A DNA stretch of 64,000 nucleotides from Octopus sinensis (GCF_006345805.1 NC_043021.1:12462001-12526000), one strand, 5' to 3'. Positions 12,056-25,300 are shown, counted from the first letter of the stretch. A program made the numbers and translations. Notes: generated by a model not told the origin, from the sequence alone.

Positions 12056-14073
12056 ACCCCTACCAAAACAGACACAATGACCTGAGGTAGTCTTCTACAT
12101 GGCCGGCTCCTGTCAAACCATCCAACCCATACCTGCATGGAGGAGTGAGCTTGCTGGATTGTTGGCTCACTGGGCAAAATGCTTAGCAGCATTTTGACTG
12201 TCTTTACATCCAGAGTTCAAGTTCCACTAAGGTTGACTTTGCCTTTCATCCTTTCAGGGTTGATAAAATAAGTAACAGTGAGGATAACGGAATGCAAGGG
12301 AGATATTAGGGGTAATGGTAGTGGTGGTGGTGGTGGTGGATAGGATTATTTCTGGATGTGGTGGTGATGGTGAAGAAAATATTAGTAGAAATGGAAGTGG
12401 ATTGTGTAGGTGGTGATGAGAAGGAGGGGGATATGTTTGTGTCAGCAGGGTGGGGGAAATGCTAGTGTAGCAGTGGTGGTGGTGGCAGTGGCGGCGGCGG
12501 CGATGGTGGCGGCAGTGATTATATTAGTACAAGTAGTGGTGGTGGTGGTGGTGGTAATGGTGAGTGCAAGGGTCATATTAAAGTCCGCAAGAGTGGGATG
12601 ATATTAATGCCAATGGTGGTGCTGGTGGTGATACTAGCATCAGTGGTAGTGGCACGGGGGGAGGGGTATTAGTACTAACAGTGGTGGTGGTGGTGGTGCT
12701 TGTTAGAGAGTAAAGTAGTCAACAGTGGTTATAGTGGTCATACTATTGCCAATGGCAGCTGCGGCGGTGATGATGGTGGTGGTGTTGGCAACGGCGGTAT
12801 TTAATGATAACAGTGATTGCCATTTCTGTTTGATGGCCCAACCACTGTTGCAACTTGCATGTGGCTTCTTGAAGAGAAGAAAGAAAAGAAAAGAAAAGAA
12901 AAAAAGAAAGAAAGAAAGAAAAAAAGCAGGATCTACACGATTCTTAATTGATAGCTTCTTTCTGTAAGGCTTGATAAAACAGTCATTACCCCGGCATTAA
13001 TTGGTAGTTTACTCTGATGGTAGTGGTGGTGGTGGTGGTGGCGGTGAAATGGCAAGTGGAGGTTGGGTCCATCAAAGACGGCTTGAGTGTGTGTGTTATC
13101 AAGTACCAACAGCTTCTTAGTCGTCATCGTTGCCATGGTGGTCATCCAAACACTTTCGGACAGGCAAAGTTAAAATATTTCTTTCATCACCCACCACCAC
13201 AACAACAACAAAAACATACGGCAAGAGATAGAGGATTAACATGCTTTGGTGGGGAGAGATGAGGGGGTGTTATTTTTCTTTGTTGTTTGTTTTCTTTTTT
13301 GTTTCCCCTCCTTCCCCACCCACCTCCCCAGGAAATCTCAACTGTATAAAAACAATGCAAGCGTGAGGAACAAAGAATGTGTTTGCCTGTGAGTGAGAGA
13401 GAAAAGAGGGAGAAAGAAGGAGAGAGATATGGAAAGAGGAAGAGAGAGGGAGAGAGAGCGAGAGAAAGAAAGAAGAGAGAGAGAGAGTGAGAGTAATGAT
13501 ACAGCCGACAGATTAGGAGATAATTTCCGAGTGAAATAGCATGAGGTGTGCTTGTCCGGGGGGGGGGGCGGGGGTTCGGTGCAGGCTATGATTTACATCA
13601 AAAGAATCCACTGGAAAATGCTATCAGCAGGAAAAATAATTAAATGGTGAGGCTGGACTTAAAAACAATGCATTAAAAGCTGCAGTGAAAAACTGGCTGA
13701 GTGGCGGGAATGGTGGTGGTGGCGGCAGTGGCAGCAGCGGTGGTGGTGGTGGTGGTGGTGGTTAGGAAATGTTACGGACAAAAGTGGAACAGTTGTTTTA
13801 ACTAATGCTTGTTACGGTCATTGTTGTTTATTATGTAGTGTTGGTAGCATTTTTGGCGATAGAAGTTTTGGATATTGTTACATTGACAACCTCACAATGT
13901 GACGTAACATGTATATAACATACATGCATATCTGTCTGTGTGTGTATCATATACATTACTTACATACATACATACATATATACATACATACATACATATA
14001 TACATACATACATACAAACATACATACATACATACACACAAACATACATACATACATACATACATACATAAGT

Positions 14074-14485
14074 AGGCATAGGAGTGGCTGTGTGGTAAGT
14101 AGCTTGCTTACCAACCACATGGTTCCGGGTTCATTCCCACTGCATAGCACATTGAGCAAGTGTCTTCTGCTATGGCCTAGGGCTGACCAAAGCATTGTGA
14201 GTAGATTTGGTAGACTGAAACTGAAAGAAGCCTGTCGTATATACGTGTATATATATATGTATGTGTGTATGTTTGTGTGTCTGTGTTTGTCCCCCTAACA
14301 TTGCTTGACAACTGATGGTGGTGTGTTTATGTCCCTGTTACTTAGCGGTTCGGCAAAAGAGACTGATAGAATAAGTACTAGGCTTCCAAAGAATACGTCC
14401 TGGGGTCTCGATTTGCTCGACTAAAAGGCGGTGCTCCAGCATGGCCGCAGCCAAATGACTGAAACAAATAAAAGAGTAAAAGAGT
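14074..14485 (+). mobile_element. tRNA-derived SINE family A (full-length representative); other copies or parts at 5640-6066 +, 6740-6835 -, 7835-8045 +, 20565-20715 -, 28510-28675 -, 38655-38795 -, 39393-39750 -, 44720-45085 -, 49650-49800 +, 63320-63475 -
   Basis: A-box tggctgtgtggtaag and B-box ggttccgggttca, internal microsatellite, conserved 3' gctccagcatggccgcagtcaaatgactgaaac. Confidence 0.9.
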
Positions 14486-14539
14486 ATACATGCATACAGA
14501 CAGACAGACAGAAGCCATAGCCACTCGTAATAAAAAGGA

Positions 14540-15070
14540 GACTCAGTGAAAACTTCAATGAAATGTAAACCCAATAGACCTGATATAATGATTTGTGATA
14601 GAGAAGAGAAACTGTGTACAGTTGTGGAAATCAGCTGCCCAGCAGATGTTAACATAAAGCTAATATGATCAGTGAAAAAGAGAATACCAATGCTGAACTA
14701 TTGAGAAATCTGCAGTTACTCTATCCAGGTTACAAGTTCAGGTTTATACCCGTAATTATTGGGGCACTAGGATATGTAACACATTGCCTAAATACCAATC
14801 TTGAAAAATTAGGCTTCTCAAAGCCAGAAAGGAGAAAGCTGATTCAAAGAACCAAGCCATCACTGGAACTGTAAAAATCTGTAAAACTTTCCAGAAGTTT
14901 AGCATTTAAATATGTGGGATTGTCTAGACATGCAACTATATGCATAAGAATATCTATATAAAATAAAACATATAAATCTGCACATATACATATATACATA
15001 CAAAAATACCCTGTTGATGTTGAAATTCCAAGAAGGAGCCTTGGATCTAGGTTAGAAACTGGTTTTTCCT
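14540..15070 (+). mobile_element. R4/Dong-like non-LTR retrotransposon 3' end (restriction-like endonuclease domain); second copy at about 55925-56310 (-)
   Basis: KCKPNRPDIMICDRE...VEISCPAD...EK..Y.EL...IPVIIGALG is a PD-(D/E)xK RLE motif typical of R4/Dong/NeSL C-termini. Confidence 0.7.
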
Positions 15071-15822
15071 TTCAGTGCTATATTTAACCCTTTAGTATTT
15101 AAACCGGCCATATCCGGCCAAAATATTTAATCTGTTTTATGTTCAAACTGACCAGATCCAGGCTCTCACACCTACCCTACAATGTTATTCTACATTAGGT
15201 AATTACACCATCAAGATCTTGAAGATATGAGATAATGCATGATTAATTCAAATCAATGTGAATCAATTAGCATTATGTTTAACAGAATAATCTGAACACT
15301 AAAGGGTTAAGAGATGATGAATTATATTACCTTATTTATCTCAAATAAATATATTTATGTACCTTAGTTATCATTAAGCTAGTATTAGGAACATAAATTT
15401 GAGAGGTCACAGCTCCAATACCACAGGTATGCGATTAAATGATGGCAGGAAAAGACTGGAAGACGGATGCTTGATGCTGAACCAACCAGTCAGGAGACCT
15501 AGGAGTAGACCAAAAATTTGCAACGGTTGGATAATGGTCCATAGTCTCAGTCTGTCACACTTGGGAACCCAGCCAGAAAGTGTAATGATGGTTGCTTCTG
15601 ATAGGACCCTATGGACAAGGTGTCTCAGGAACCAACCAACCCTCACACACACCCACTACTCACCCAGGAATAGGGGGCAGAGAAGATGGATGGATGGATT
15701 GATGAATGAATGGAAGAATAAAATAAAATAACTGGCTTTCTTTTTTAAAATAACCATTGCCTCTCTGTTTCTTTCTTTTTTAAAATAACCACTGTCCCTC
15801 TTTTTTCCACCTTTCATTCTAG

Positions 15823-16012
15823 TTTACTTAAGGTTCACTTACAACTCCGAGGGTTTTCAGTTTTCCTTGACATAGAGCGGCTACGAGCGGGTAAATTCGA
15901 TGTAGGTTTGTTAAAGAGTGTACAAAAAGCCAGAAATTTCATCCTCGTCCTCACACCTCAAGCCTTAGATCGTTGTATTGGTGATAGCGAGAGGAAAGAC
16001 TGGGTCCACAGG
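15823..16012 (+). CDS. SARM1: SARM1 TIR exon ([26 protein letters not shown]...[15 protein letters not shown]...KDWVHR)
   Basis: Acceptor ttctAG, donor GTAAGT at 16013. Close match to recalled SARM1 TIR sequence including the BB-loop. Phase 2 in, phase 0 out. Confidence 0.96.
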
Positions 16013-16973
16013 GTAAGTTGACATTTATTTATTTATACATGGTTATATTTGTCTGTTTTCCATTTAATTAATTATTATCAATTTATTATTATTATTATTA
16101 TTATTATTGTCATTATCATCATCATCGTTTAGCGTCCGCTTTCCATGCTGGCATAGGTTGGACGGTTCAACTGGGGTCTGGGAAGCCAGAAGGCTGCACC
16201 AGGCCCAGTCTGATCCGGCAATGTTTCTACAGCTGGATGCCCATCCTAACGCCAACCACTCCATGAGTCTAGTGGGTGCTTTTTACGTGCCACCGGCACA
16301 GGTGCCAGACGAGGCTGGCAAACGGCCACGATCGGATGGTGCTTTTTACGTGCCGTCATCATCATTATTAATATTATTATTGAGTGAGAGAGTGCCATTA
16401 AAGTGAGACTGGGGTAAAATATACAAAGCCCAGTATACCCATCATGTTTACCCGCCTGATAAGGGTACACCAGGTGCATGCATCACAACCATTTTATGCC
16501 AAAATTTGAAACCATTATTATTATCATTAAGGAAGCAAGCACTGAGCTTAATGTAATCAACTTAATGCCCTCCCCCAATATTTCAGGCTTTGTGTCTGTA
16601 GTAGAAAGGATTAAAAATAAATGTTCCTTCTCGAGCCATGCCAGGCTCATAAGGTCCGGTTTCCTGGTTTCAGTGGCATAGAAATTCCCCACCTGGGACA
16701 GGACACCGGTCCGTCGCAGGATTACTCATTTTTGCCAGCTGAGTGGACTGGAGCAACGGGAAAATGAAGTGTTTTGCTCAAGAACACAACGCATCACCCA
16801 GTCCAGGAATTGAAACCACAACCTTACGATCATGAGTTCAACACCCTAATCACTAAACCACGTGCCTCCACAGTAGAAAGGATTATTACTATGATTATTG
16901 TTGTTGTTGTTGTTCTGTCACTTCAAGATACTGATAATTTTTTCGTTGTTGTTTTCTTTGTGTCTATTTGCAG

Positions 16974-17095
16974 GAAATTGCCGCAGCGTTAGAACACAAG
17001 TGTAACATAATTCCTTTAATGGACAATTTTGACTGGCCTCCTTGTGAGAAGCTTCCAGAAGACATACGCTCTATCACATGTTTTAATGGAGTCAG
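16974..17095 (+). CDS. SARM1: SARM1 TIR exon starting with the catalytic Glu ([22 protein letters not shown]...[15 protein letters not shown])
   Basis: Acceptor tttgcAG, donor GTAAAT at 17096. The WVHR|EI junction corresponds to human WVHKEI (E642, NADase catalytic residue). Confidence 0.95.
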
Positions 17096-18531
17096 GTAAA
17101 TAATATCACCTTGTTGTTGGTGGTTGGATGTTTTTTTTGTAAGAGTTGAGTCAAGTAAAACCTATATTGTTGCTGACTGGCCCTCTGACTGGCTCCCATG
17201 CTGCTGGCATGTAAAAAGCACCATCCGAATGTGGTCAATGCCATGTCCGCCTGACTGGCTCTCATGCTGGTGGCATGTAAAAAGCACCATCCGAATGTGG
17301 TCAATGCCAGGTCAGCCTGATTGGCTCTCATGCTGGTGGCATGTAAAAAGCACCCACTACACTCTCAGAGTGGTTGGCATTAGGAAGGGAATCCAGGTAT
17401 TGAAACATTACCAGGTCAGATTGGAGCCTGGTGCAGCTGCTGGCTCTCCAAGACCTCAGTCAAACCATCCAACCCATGCCAGCATGGAAAGCGGACATTA
17501 AACAATGATGATGATATGGAGTTTTTTTACTGTTTTTTCTGGAATACTAGTTAAATTCTTGCAGATCCAAAATTTACTGCCAAAAAAAAAAAGGAAGGTT
17601 AACTTATACACCAAAGCAACAGTGAAGGATCAAGAATTCCATTGAGATGCAGCAGGATTTAGAAAGTTAAGTTAATTTTGGTTCAAAAAGCAAAAGGCAA
17701 GGCCATGTAGGGGGACATGGAGTTATGTACAGGGTGGTGTTCATGCAAAGAGTTCAGGCCATTTCTGGTCAAGAGAGACTTTGAACCGAGCGGTCATCGT
17801 CCGGCAGCTTATTCCACGGATCTGCAACCCGGACGGAGAAAGCCCCTCTCCTTCGATTGAGATGAAATCGTCGCAGATAGAGCTTTTCAGAGTGACCCTG
17901 CAACCTACGCTCTGGAGCAGGATTTAGAAAGAGAGTGATGGTGCTTGACTCATTTATGCTTTGTCTTTTGTTTTTTACTTGTTTCAGTTATCGGACTGTG
18001 GCCATGCTGGGGCACCACCATGAAGAATTTTTAGTCGAATGAATCGACCCCAGTCCTTGTTATTTTAATCCTAGTGCTTATTCTATCAGTTTCTTTCTCT
18101 TTTTTTGCTGGCTATGTGCCAAAATTTGAAATCATCATTATCATCATCATCATTACCGAGGCAGTAAATTGATAGATTCATTATTGCATCAAACAGGATG
18201 CTTAGCAGCATTTCTTCAGGCCTTTTACATTCTGTGTTCAATTCCTGCCTAAGTCAGCATTGCCTTCCATCCTTTTGCGGTCAATAAAACAAAGTACCAG
18301 CCGAGTGCTAAGCCCCTTCCCCTTACGTCCCCATGACTTAGTGGTTCAGCAAAAAGACACCGATAGAATAACTACCAGACTTAAAATTAAGTGTTGTTTT
18401 GTTCAGCTAAACCCTTCAAAAGCAGTCCTCCAGCATGGCCACAGGATTAAAGGTACGAATACAGCTATGAGGGTGCTACTAATATCGCTCCAATTAATTA
18501 ATTTCATTTATATTTTTATTTTTAACCCTAG

Positions 18532-18724
18532 GTGGATTCATGATTACCAAGATGCCTGTGTTGACAAAATCGAACGGTTTTTACGAGGTGACGTGAATGT
18601 GAGAAGGGGACAGCTTCAGTCCTTAAGTAATCAGGGATCGTTTGAAGACCCAGTAATGGCACAGTTCAAGTGGAGCAGCAGCAGCAACGAGAATGATTCC
18701 CCACCAAAGAATTCCCCAAGTTAA
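18532..18724 (+). CDS. SARM1: SARM1 last coding exon ([19 protein letters not shown]...KNSPS*)
   Basis: Acceptor cctAG. Matches WSHEYQEATIEKIIRFLQG. TAA at 18722-18724 and AATAAA at about 18758. The five exons total 865 nt (1 nt plus 288 codons). Confidence 0.93.
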
Positions 18725-18920
18725 CTAAAAGACCTTTTAACTAACCCTTTTTTTGTAAATAAATAAATATGTAGGTATATGTATGCTTGTGTGAACATAT
18801 ATTGTCTATATATATATAAAAGTACATATATATATATATATATATATATATGCATACATACACGTACATATATGTATATATATGTGCATATATATATATA
18901 CACATACATATATGTATGTA

Positions 18921-18956
<36 letters not shown>

Positions 18957-19444
18957 TACATATATATATATGCTTAAATATGAGTACATATATATATTTA
19001 TATATATATAAGTGCATACATATGTGTGTATATATAGATATATGGATACATGTGTATTTATATATACATGTGCATATATATATATGCACATGCATATATA
19101 TATGCATACAAACATATTTATACCTATATGTGTATATACGCACATATACATACAGCCATACATATACACACATACATACACACAAATACATATATGAATT
19201 CTATTCACTAATAGCTGCTATTTCACGTAACACTCAACACTCACTCCCTGGTGCCCAGAACAAACAAACAAAAAAAAACCCCGAAACTTTAGAGAAGTTT
19301 TTGGGTAAAATTTGGGCCAAAATTATAATCAGTTTACTTTTAAAGAATTGATTTTTTTTTATTATTTCCATTTTAAATAATATTTGATAAAATTAAACAC
19401 TACAAAATATCTCGGAAATAACTTTCAGGCATTAAGTAAGAAGC

Positions 19445-19480
<36 letters not shown>

Positions 19481-19645
19481 GTAGTAGTAGTAGGTTTGTG
19501 AATAGAAAATGCAGTAAGACTAAATGACATTTTGGACAAAATATTTTACCATACTGATTTTCCTTGCCTTCTTAGTGTTTGATGTGTGTGTGTGTATGTG
19601 TGTTTATGCAGGTTTTCATGTATACATATTTATATATATATATAT

Positions 19646-19872
19646 ATCTGTAAATTTAATATGTAACAGTTATTTTGTAGCCATGATAAAACTCTGAGTT
19701 TCGGATGTCAGGGTGGAAATCCACTCCGCCATCTCTTCAGTTATCCGGCCATCGGAAAAAATGCTATGGCCGGATAACCGAAGAGATGGCAGCATGGATT
19801 TCCATCCCGACATCCAAAACTCCGAGTTTTATCATGGCTACTGAATAATTGTCACATATTACATTTACAGAT
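19646..19872. repeat. Inverted duplication (about 107-bp arms, 13-nt spacer) of a hammerhead-bearing Penelope-like terminus
   Basis: The arms are reverse complements with scattered mismatches. Each arm carries GATAA-CYGAAGA...RAAACTC-N-GAGT-T-TTATC. Confidence 0.85.
19685..19745 (-). ncRNA. Type-I hammerhead ribozyme motif with intact core
   Basis: Stem I GAUAA/UUAUC, CUGAAGA, stem II GAUG/CAUC (one extra C) with an inner hairpin, GAAA, stem III ACUC-A-GAGU, GUU cleavage triplet. Confidence 0.65.
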
Positions 19873-19935
19873 AAATTCCTCTATTTACATAATATCGAGG
19901 TCTCTTTCTTTCTTTTGTTATCTTACCATTTCTAT

Positions 19936-19977
<42 letters not shown>

Positions 19978-20402
19978 CAAATAAGAAAATGGAGAAACAA
20001 TTTACTTGGTTCATCAGCTTTCGGATATTAGAATATTGACTTATTTATTCATTTAACAAAAATGAGAACCTTAATAGCATACATATATACATTATAATTC
20101 AATACATATAAGATAAGAATACAATTATAAAAATCATAATATAAATTATTGAAATCATTAAAGTCACTCCTTACAGCTGTTTCAGCCTATGGATAAAAGT
20201 AGTTTTTATTTTCCAGTGCCTATAATTGTCAATTATATTGAGGTTGTAGGCATTTAAAAATAGGTTACTTATATATAACCATAGACCTTGTCAGAGATTA
20301 TAAAGAACTTATATATTAATATTTGTTTTTGTGATCCATTAAGATAAAAACAGTTTTACATTAATCTGATGGGTTACTCTATACTTTTGTAGAGTACAAA
20401 TT

Positions 20403-20527
20403 TATTATTCTTAGACAAGAATGTTGTCAACAGTGACTTTGAAGTTTTGGCCAGCTAAGCTACCATTGAACTCAGCTGGTCGAAACCTCAAAGTCACTAT
20501 CAACGGTATTCTTGTTTAAGAATAATA
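20403..20527. repeat. Imperfect hairpin, about 54-bp arms, 17-nt loop
   Basis: tattattctta.acaagaat...agtgactttga...ccagct pairs with agctgg...tcaaagtcact...attcttgt.taagaataata. Confidence 0.85.
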
Positions 20528-20710
20528 CATATATACATGTATGCGTGTGCATGTGTTGAATGGGTTGGGTGGCTTTTCAGTTTCCATCTACCAAAACCCC
20601 TTACAAGGCTTTGGTTATCCTGGGACTATAGTAGAAGACATTTGGCCAGGGTACCACAAAGTGGGATTGAGCCCGAGGTCACATTTGGAAAGCAAACTTC
20701 TCAACCACAC

Positions 20711-20714
<4 letters not shown>

Positions 20715-20769
<55 letters not shown>

Positions 20770-20857
20770 TATCTAATATTGTATGTATATATTTTATTAA
20801 TTTGCCTGTACGGCTGATAATTCACTTACTACTCGTGATGGTATTTTAATAATATCA

Positions 20858-20908
<51 letters not shown>

Positions 20909-20998
20909 TATATTATATATATATATATGTATATAAATGTGTGTGTATGTGTGTATAATATATATATATATATATTATATATATTATATAATTATATT

Positions 20999-21041
<43 letters not shown>

Positions 21042-21064
21042 TATATATTAGATATATATTTTAT

Positions 21065-21111
<47 letters not shown>

Positions 21112-21261
21112 ATAATGGTTTTGTCTCGAATTAATATTATAATATATATATATATAATTATATGTATATATATATATATATATATTATATATATTATATA
21201 TTAGATATATATTTTATATATATATATATATATATAATAATAGTGGTTTTGTCTCGAATTA

Positions 21262-21329
<68 letters not shown>

Positions 21330-21330
21330 A
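20715..21330. repeat. (TA)n/(TAT)n tract with a duplicated unit of about 130 bp containing ggttttgtctcgaattaat
   Basis: The motif recurs at about 21117 and 21245 with matching flanking patterns. Confidence 0.85.
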
Positions 21331-22297
21331 TTAAGGTTTACTTTGGAGTATATCCCTTGATTTTGAGCTCAAAGCAATAGCTATACTCCATAGTAAAATT
21401 TAACATGGAAAATAACACTGCTGGCATGTCATTAATGTGTGTGTGTGTATACACACACATATGTATTTATGTGCTGTATAAGAAGATTCTTAGGTGTCTG
21501 TCCAAAAAGTTTTAGTACTGCTGCATTTCCCTATTTCCTCCTTCACTTCTGCTCAAAATAAAATAACTAAGAATCTCTTCAAATCGAAACTCACTAGCCG
21601 CAAAATTACTATGATGGCTTGTGTAGTGACTATTGGACTATTTGGTCATGAGTTCAAACCTCGCTACTGTAATCGTGTCGTCTCCCTGCCACGGCACAGA
21701 CCCCCTGCTTGCTTCAGTCTGTTTTGGAAGACAAGAGGTTACTACTCTCGCTTCGGAGGTTAGCGAGAGCTTAGTAGCAGGTAGAGGGCCATTTTAGAGT
21801 GTAAGAATTAACCAAAAAAATTAAATAAAAATAATTCTACAAATAGGCATGGCCAAGGAATAATGTGCAAGGTTTGAGATTTACAAATCACGAAACCCAT
21901 GCTAGCACAAATTAATGAGTTTGAAACAAAATGAAATTCACCGTCTTTAACTGTAGAGCTCTTGTATCTATTACTCAAATTTTCTCCACGTTCAAAAAAA
22001 ATTTTTTTCTTTTTGATTTTCTATTTATTTATTTATTTATTTATTTATTTTTGAATCATCTTAAATGTAACTGATAATAACGACTTTTGATATAGTTCTG
22101 TCATTTATTCTGTGAGTCTGTTTTTCCAAATTCCGGCTTATGACACTTAGCCGTTTAGTTAGTCCATGGAAAATTCTAGATAAAAATTTGTTATAAAATG
22201 TATAAATGCATATGTATGTGTGTGTGTGTGTGTGCATACATACACACACATATATATGTATATATATACATACATACATATACATACATACATCCAT

Positions 22298-22348
<51 letters not shown>

Positions 22349-25300
22349 TATACATATATATATGTTGATTCTTCATTCATTGCAGTTTTCTTGTTACTTC
22401 TCCATCTTTTCCTCTATTTTGTCTGGCTTTGTAAAATGGTTTGAAATCTAAGGAACTGATTTTAAATGTGCAATCATCATTATCATCATCATCATCATCA
22501 TCATAACTTTTCAAGAAAAAAGTAATACTTGGAAAAGAGAAAAACGCTGTTTATCTTACAGCAGTTATGTTTAATAGAAATAGCAGTCAGGTCTCCCCCT
22601 CCCCTTAAATTTTACCCCTACTGTCTTAAATAAAGAAAAGGACACTTTACATGTTGTAGTCCTAATACTTTAAAAATGTCTGGTTGGTCAAGGCTGGCAT
22701 GCCTTTGATCATATATCCACTCATTCAGGGTTGGCCAGAGGCTAAATGACAACAATTAGAATTAAATCCAGATTAAAGTTCCCTTAGATGTCAGCCATTA
22801 TATGGCCTGCTATACTCTTGTTCATGTTTTGATTGTTTATTGAAGAAAATATACTACCTCGTTATGATCTGATCTTGTTTTCTGTAATGACTTCTCCATC
22901 CTGGTAAGGGTTTATGACAGTTATCAAGTGCTTCAATTGAAAAATTACTTGCAAGGGGCCCATAACCTGTTCGTGCATTGCACCGACCTTTCTGTTTATT
23001 AAACACCTGAGTGAGAGAGTAAAACATCAGTGGATGGAGACAGCTCAGTATGACAACCCTCTCTTTCTCTCTCTCTCTGTCCCTCCGTCTCTCTGTCAAT
23101 TAGCTGTCCTTATCAATGTGAGGGCAAATATTGATGAAGGCAATCTTCAGTAAATGGAGCTGTATTAGCATTTAATTTGATAACTATTTGATTTTATTTA
23201 ATTATACTGAAAAATAAGTGTGTTAAATGAGCGTTTTTCTGTGAAAAATCATAATGTTTTTTGGGGGTTTATTTTTTAAAGCAAAAAAAAAAGAAAGAAA
23301 AATGAAGCTGATGTAATTAATATTGTAACATTTAATAATTATTTATTTATTTTTAGCAAATGTGTTTCTCACATTTGAGAGTTGTGACTGTCTCTTTAAT
23401 CTGAGGGTACCTTGATGAACTTATGAAGGTACCCTGAGATTAAATATGAGCATTTGAACATGTTTGAAGATATTAGCAGATGTAAATGTACCTTCCTGTT
23501 TTCTGATGAATATATCGTATTTGTAATATGATAACATTGACCTTCACTGGACAATATATAACGATGGTATTCAGATCTGTAAAAAAAAAAATTTATTTGT
23601 TTTTTTTTTTTAGTTTTTTTTTTTCCTAAATTAAAAGACCCCACTTTAGTCTTTGCTGTGATTATTATAATTCTCTATTGATAGAGAAACATTGAATTTA
23701 TTACATACATATATCCAAAAGCATGGATAACTTTCAAATCATAGAAGGACATTTGTGCTAATTTTTACATTCTTGCCTCAAAAATAAAAAACAAAAGAAA
23801 TTTTTAAAAAATAACTGGACATATTTATTTCTTTGAAACACTTTTTTTTTTTTTTGGAAAATTAACCAAGAACTACAAAAGCAAACCAAAAATTTCTTCA
23901 AATACAAATACCTATTTGGCAGATATATTCAATGCAGTTTGGTGAACCACAATGTAAAACCTCAAAAGCTAACAAACACTAATCGCTGCTCAAAACATGC
24001 CATCACTGATTTCTTTGGATGTTTCCAGATCTTACCTCACACATACACACATGTTCATGCGTGCATACATTATATAATAAAAGCAGGAGCTGAATGGACA
24101 ATGGCAGTTCAATACATGCTACATAGGTTCCTACAGCATGATACTTTATTCATAATTCAAGCGTTACATATACAATGGTGTCTTAAATGTCAAATGAGCC
24201 CCCAAAATAATAATAAATAAATGTCTTGCTCAAATGTGGTGTCTCTCTGACATCTCATAAGTTTACTGGTACAAATTTAGAACCATTCTGTGTGTTTGTG
24301 TGTGCTTGTATGCATGCATGTGTGTGTGTGTGTGCATGTATGCACGCGTATGTGTGTGTGTCTACTCCAGGTCAACATTTGACCTGAAATAATGTTGTTG
24401 ACAAGTAGCCATATATATATATAAACAAAAATATTATTACCTACTGAATCTTATTTGATGTTGCTATTAGCGACAATTTGATATATCAGATGTTTCAGAA
24501 GGTGGGGGGGGGGAATCTAGCTATAAAACTACCATTTCAAGAGAACTAAGGGAGAGAAATAAAATTGAACATAGAAAAAGAATGGTGACATTGGTAATCA
24601 CTTATGTCTTCTTTCATTCTGGAATCTCCAGAAGTGGAATGACCAAACAGAGTCAGCTTTGTTAAAACTTTTTATGTATCCATATTAAAAATTCTATTAG
24701 AATTTCTACAGTGCATTATTTTGGCTTTGCAAAATTTCACCCACCACGAGTGGCTGAGATTTGAAAGCTCGTAAGCCTTTGTTCAAAATAGTTCCTTGCC
24801 TTTTTCTCTGGCTTCAAAAGACCTCCATTTAACAACCAATAGATTTGATTCCTCGTGATGTTCTTTGTTAATTTAGGAACATTATTGGGGTTGCTCGTTC
24901 TTATAATGTTGAAACGTAATCAAGTTCTTACCAAATACGTGTGACGATATTTCCTTTGTCTCTCTCTTCGTCTTTTAACCGCTCTCCACTTTCATTTTGA
25001 TCTGCTGCTGTAATCAGACAATACAGCAGTGCTCAGGTGCCTGTCTTGCTTTCCAATGACCCTAATTTGTTGAGAAGATGCATCAAACCAACTGATCCCT
25101 CCCCGCCCAAGACATGATGTCGGCCTAACATACGATTTGCTTCTTGTATGTTCTGAACTCACTTCAACAGGCTGTTAAAGAAAACAAACACTCGTCAGTT
25201 ATGCAGTGCTCCAGCTGATTACAACAGCAGTAATAGGCTGTGCCTCCATATGCGACCCATTCACTTGTGGGCCAACCGAATTGTCAGGATACTAAATGTG

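Noticed and set aside
20005-20030. CTGATGA and GAAA words on the minus strand as a hammerhead
   Set aside because: The order and spacing are wrong (GAAAG directly precedes CTGATGA) and there are no stems.
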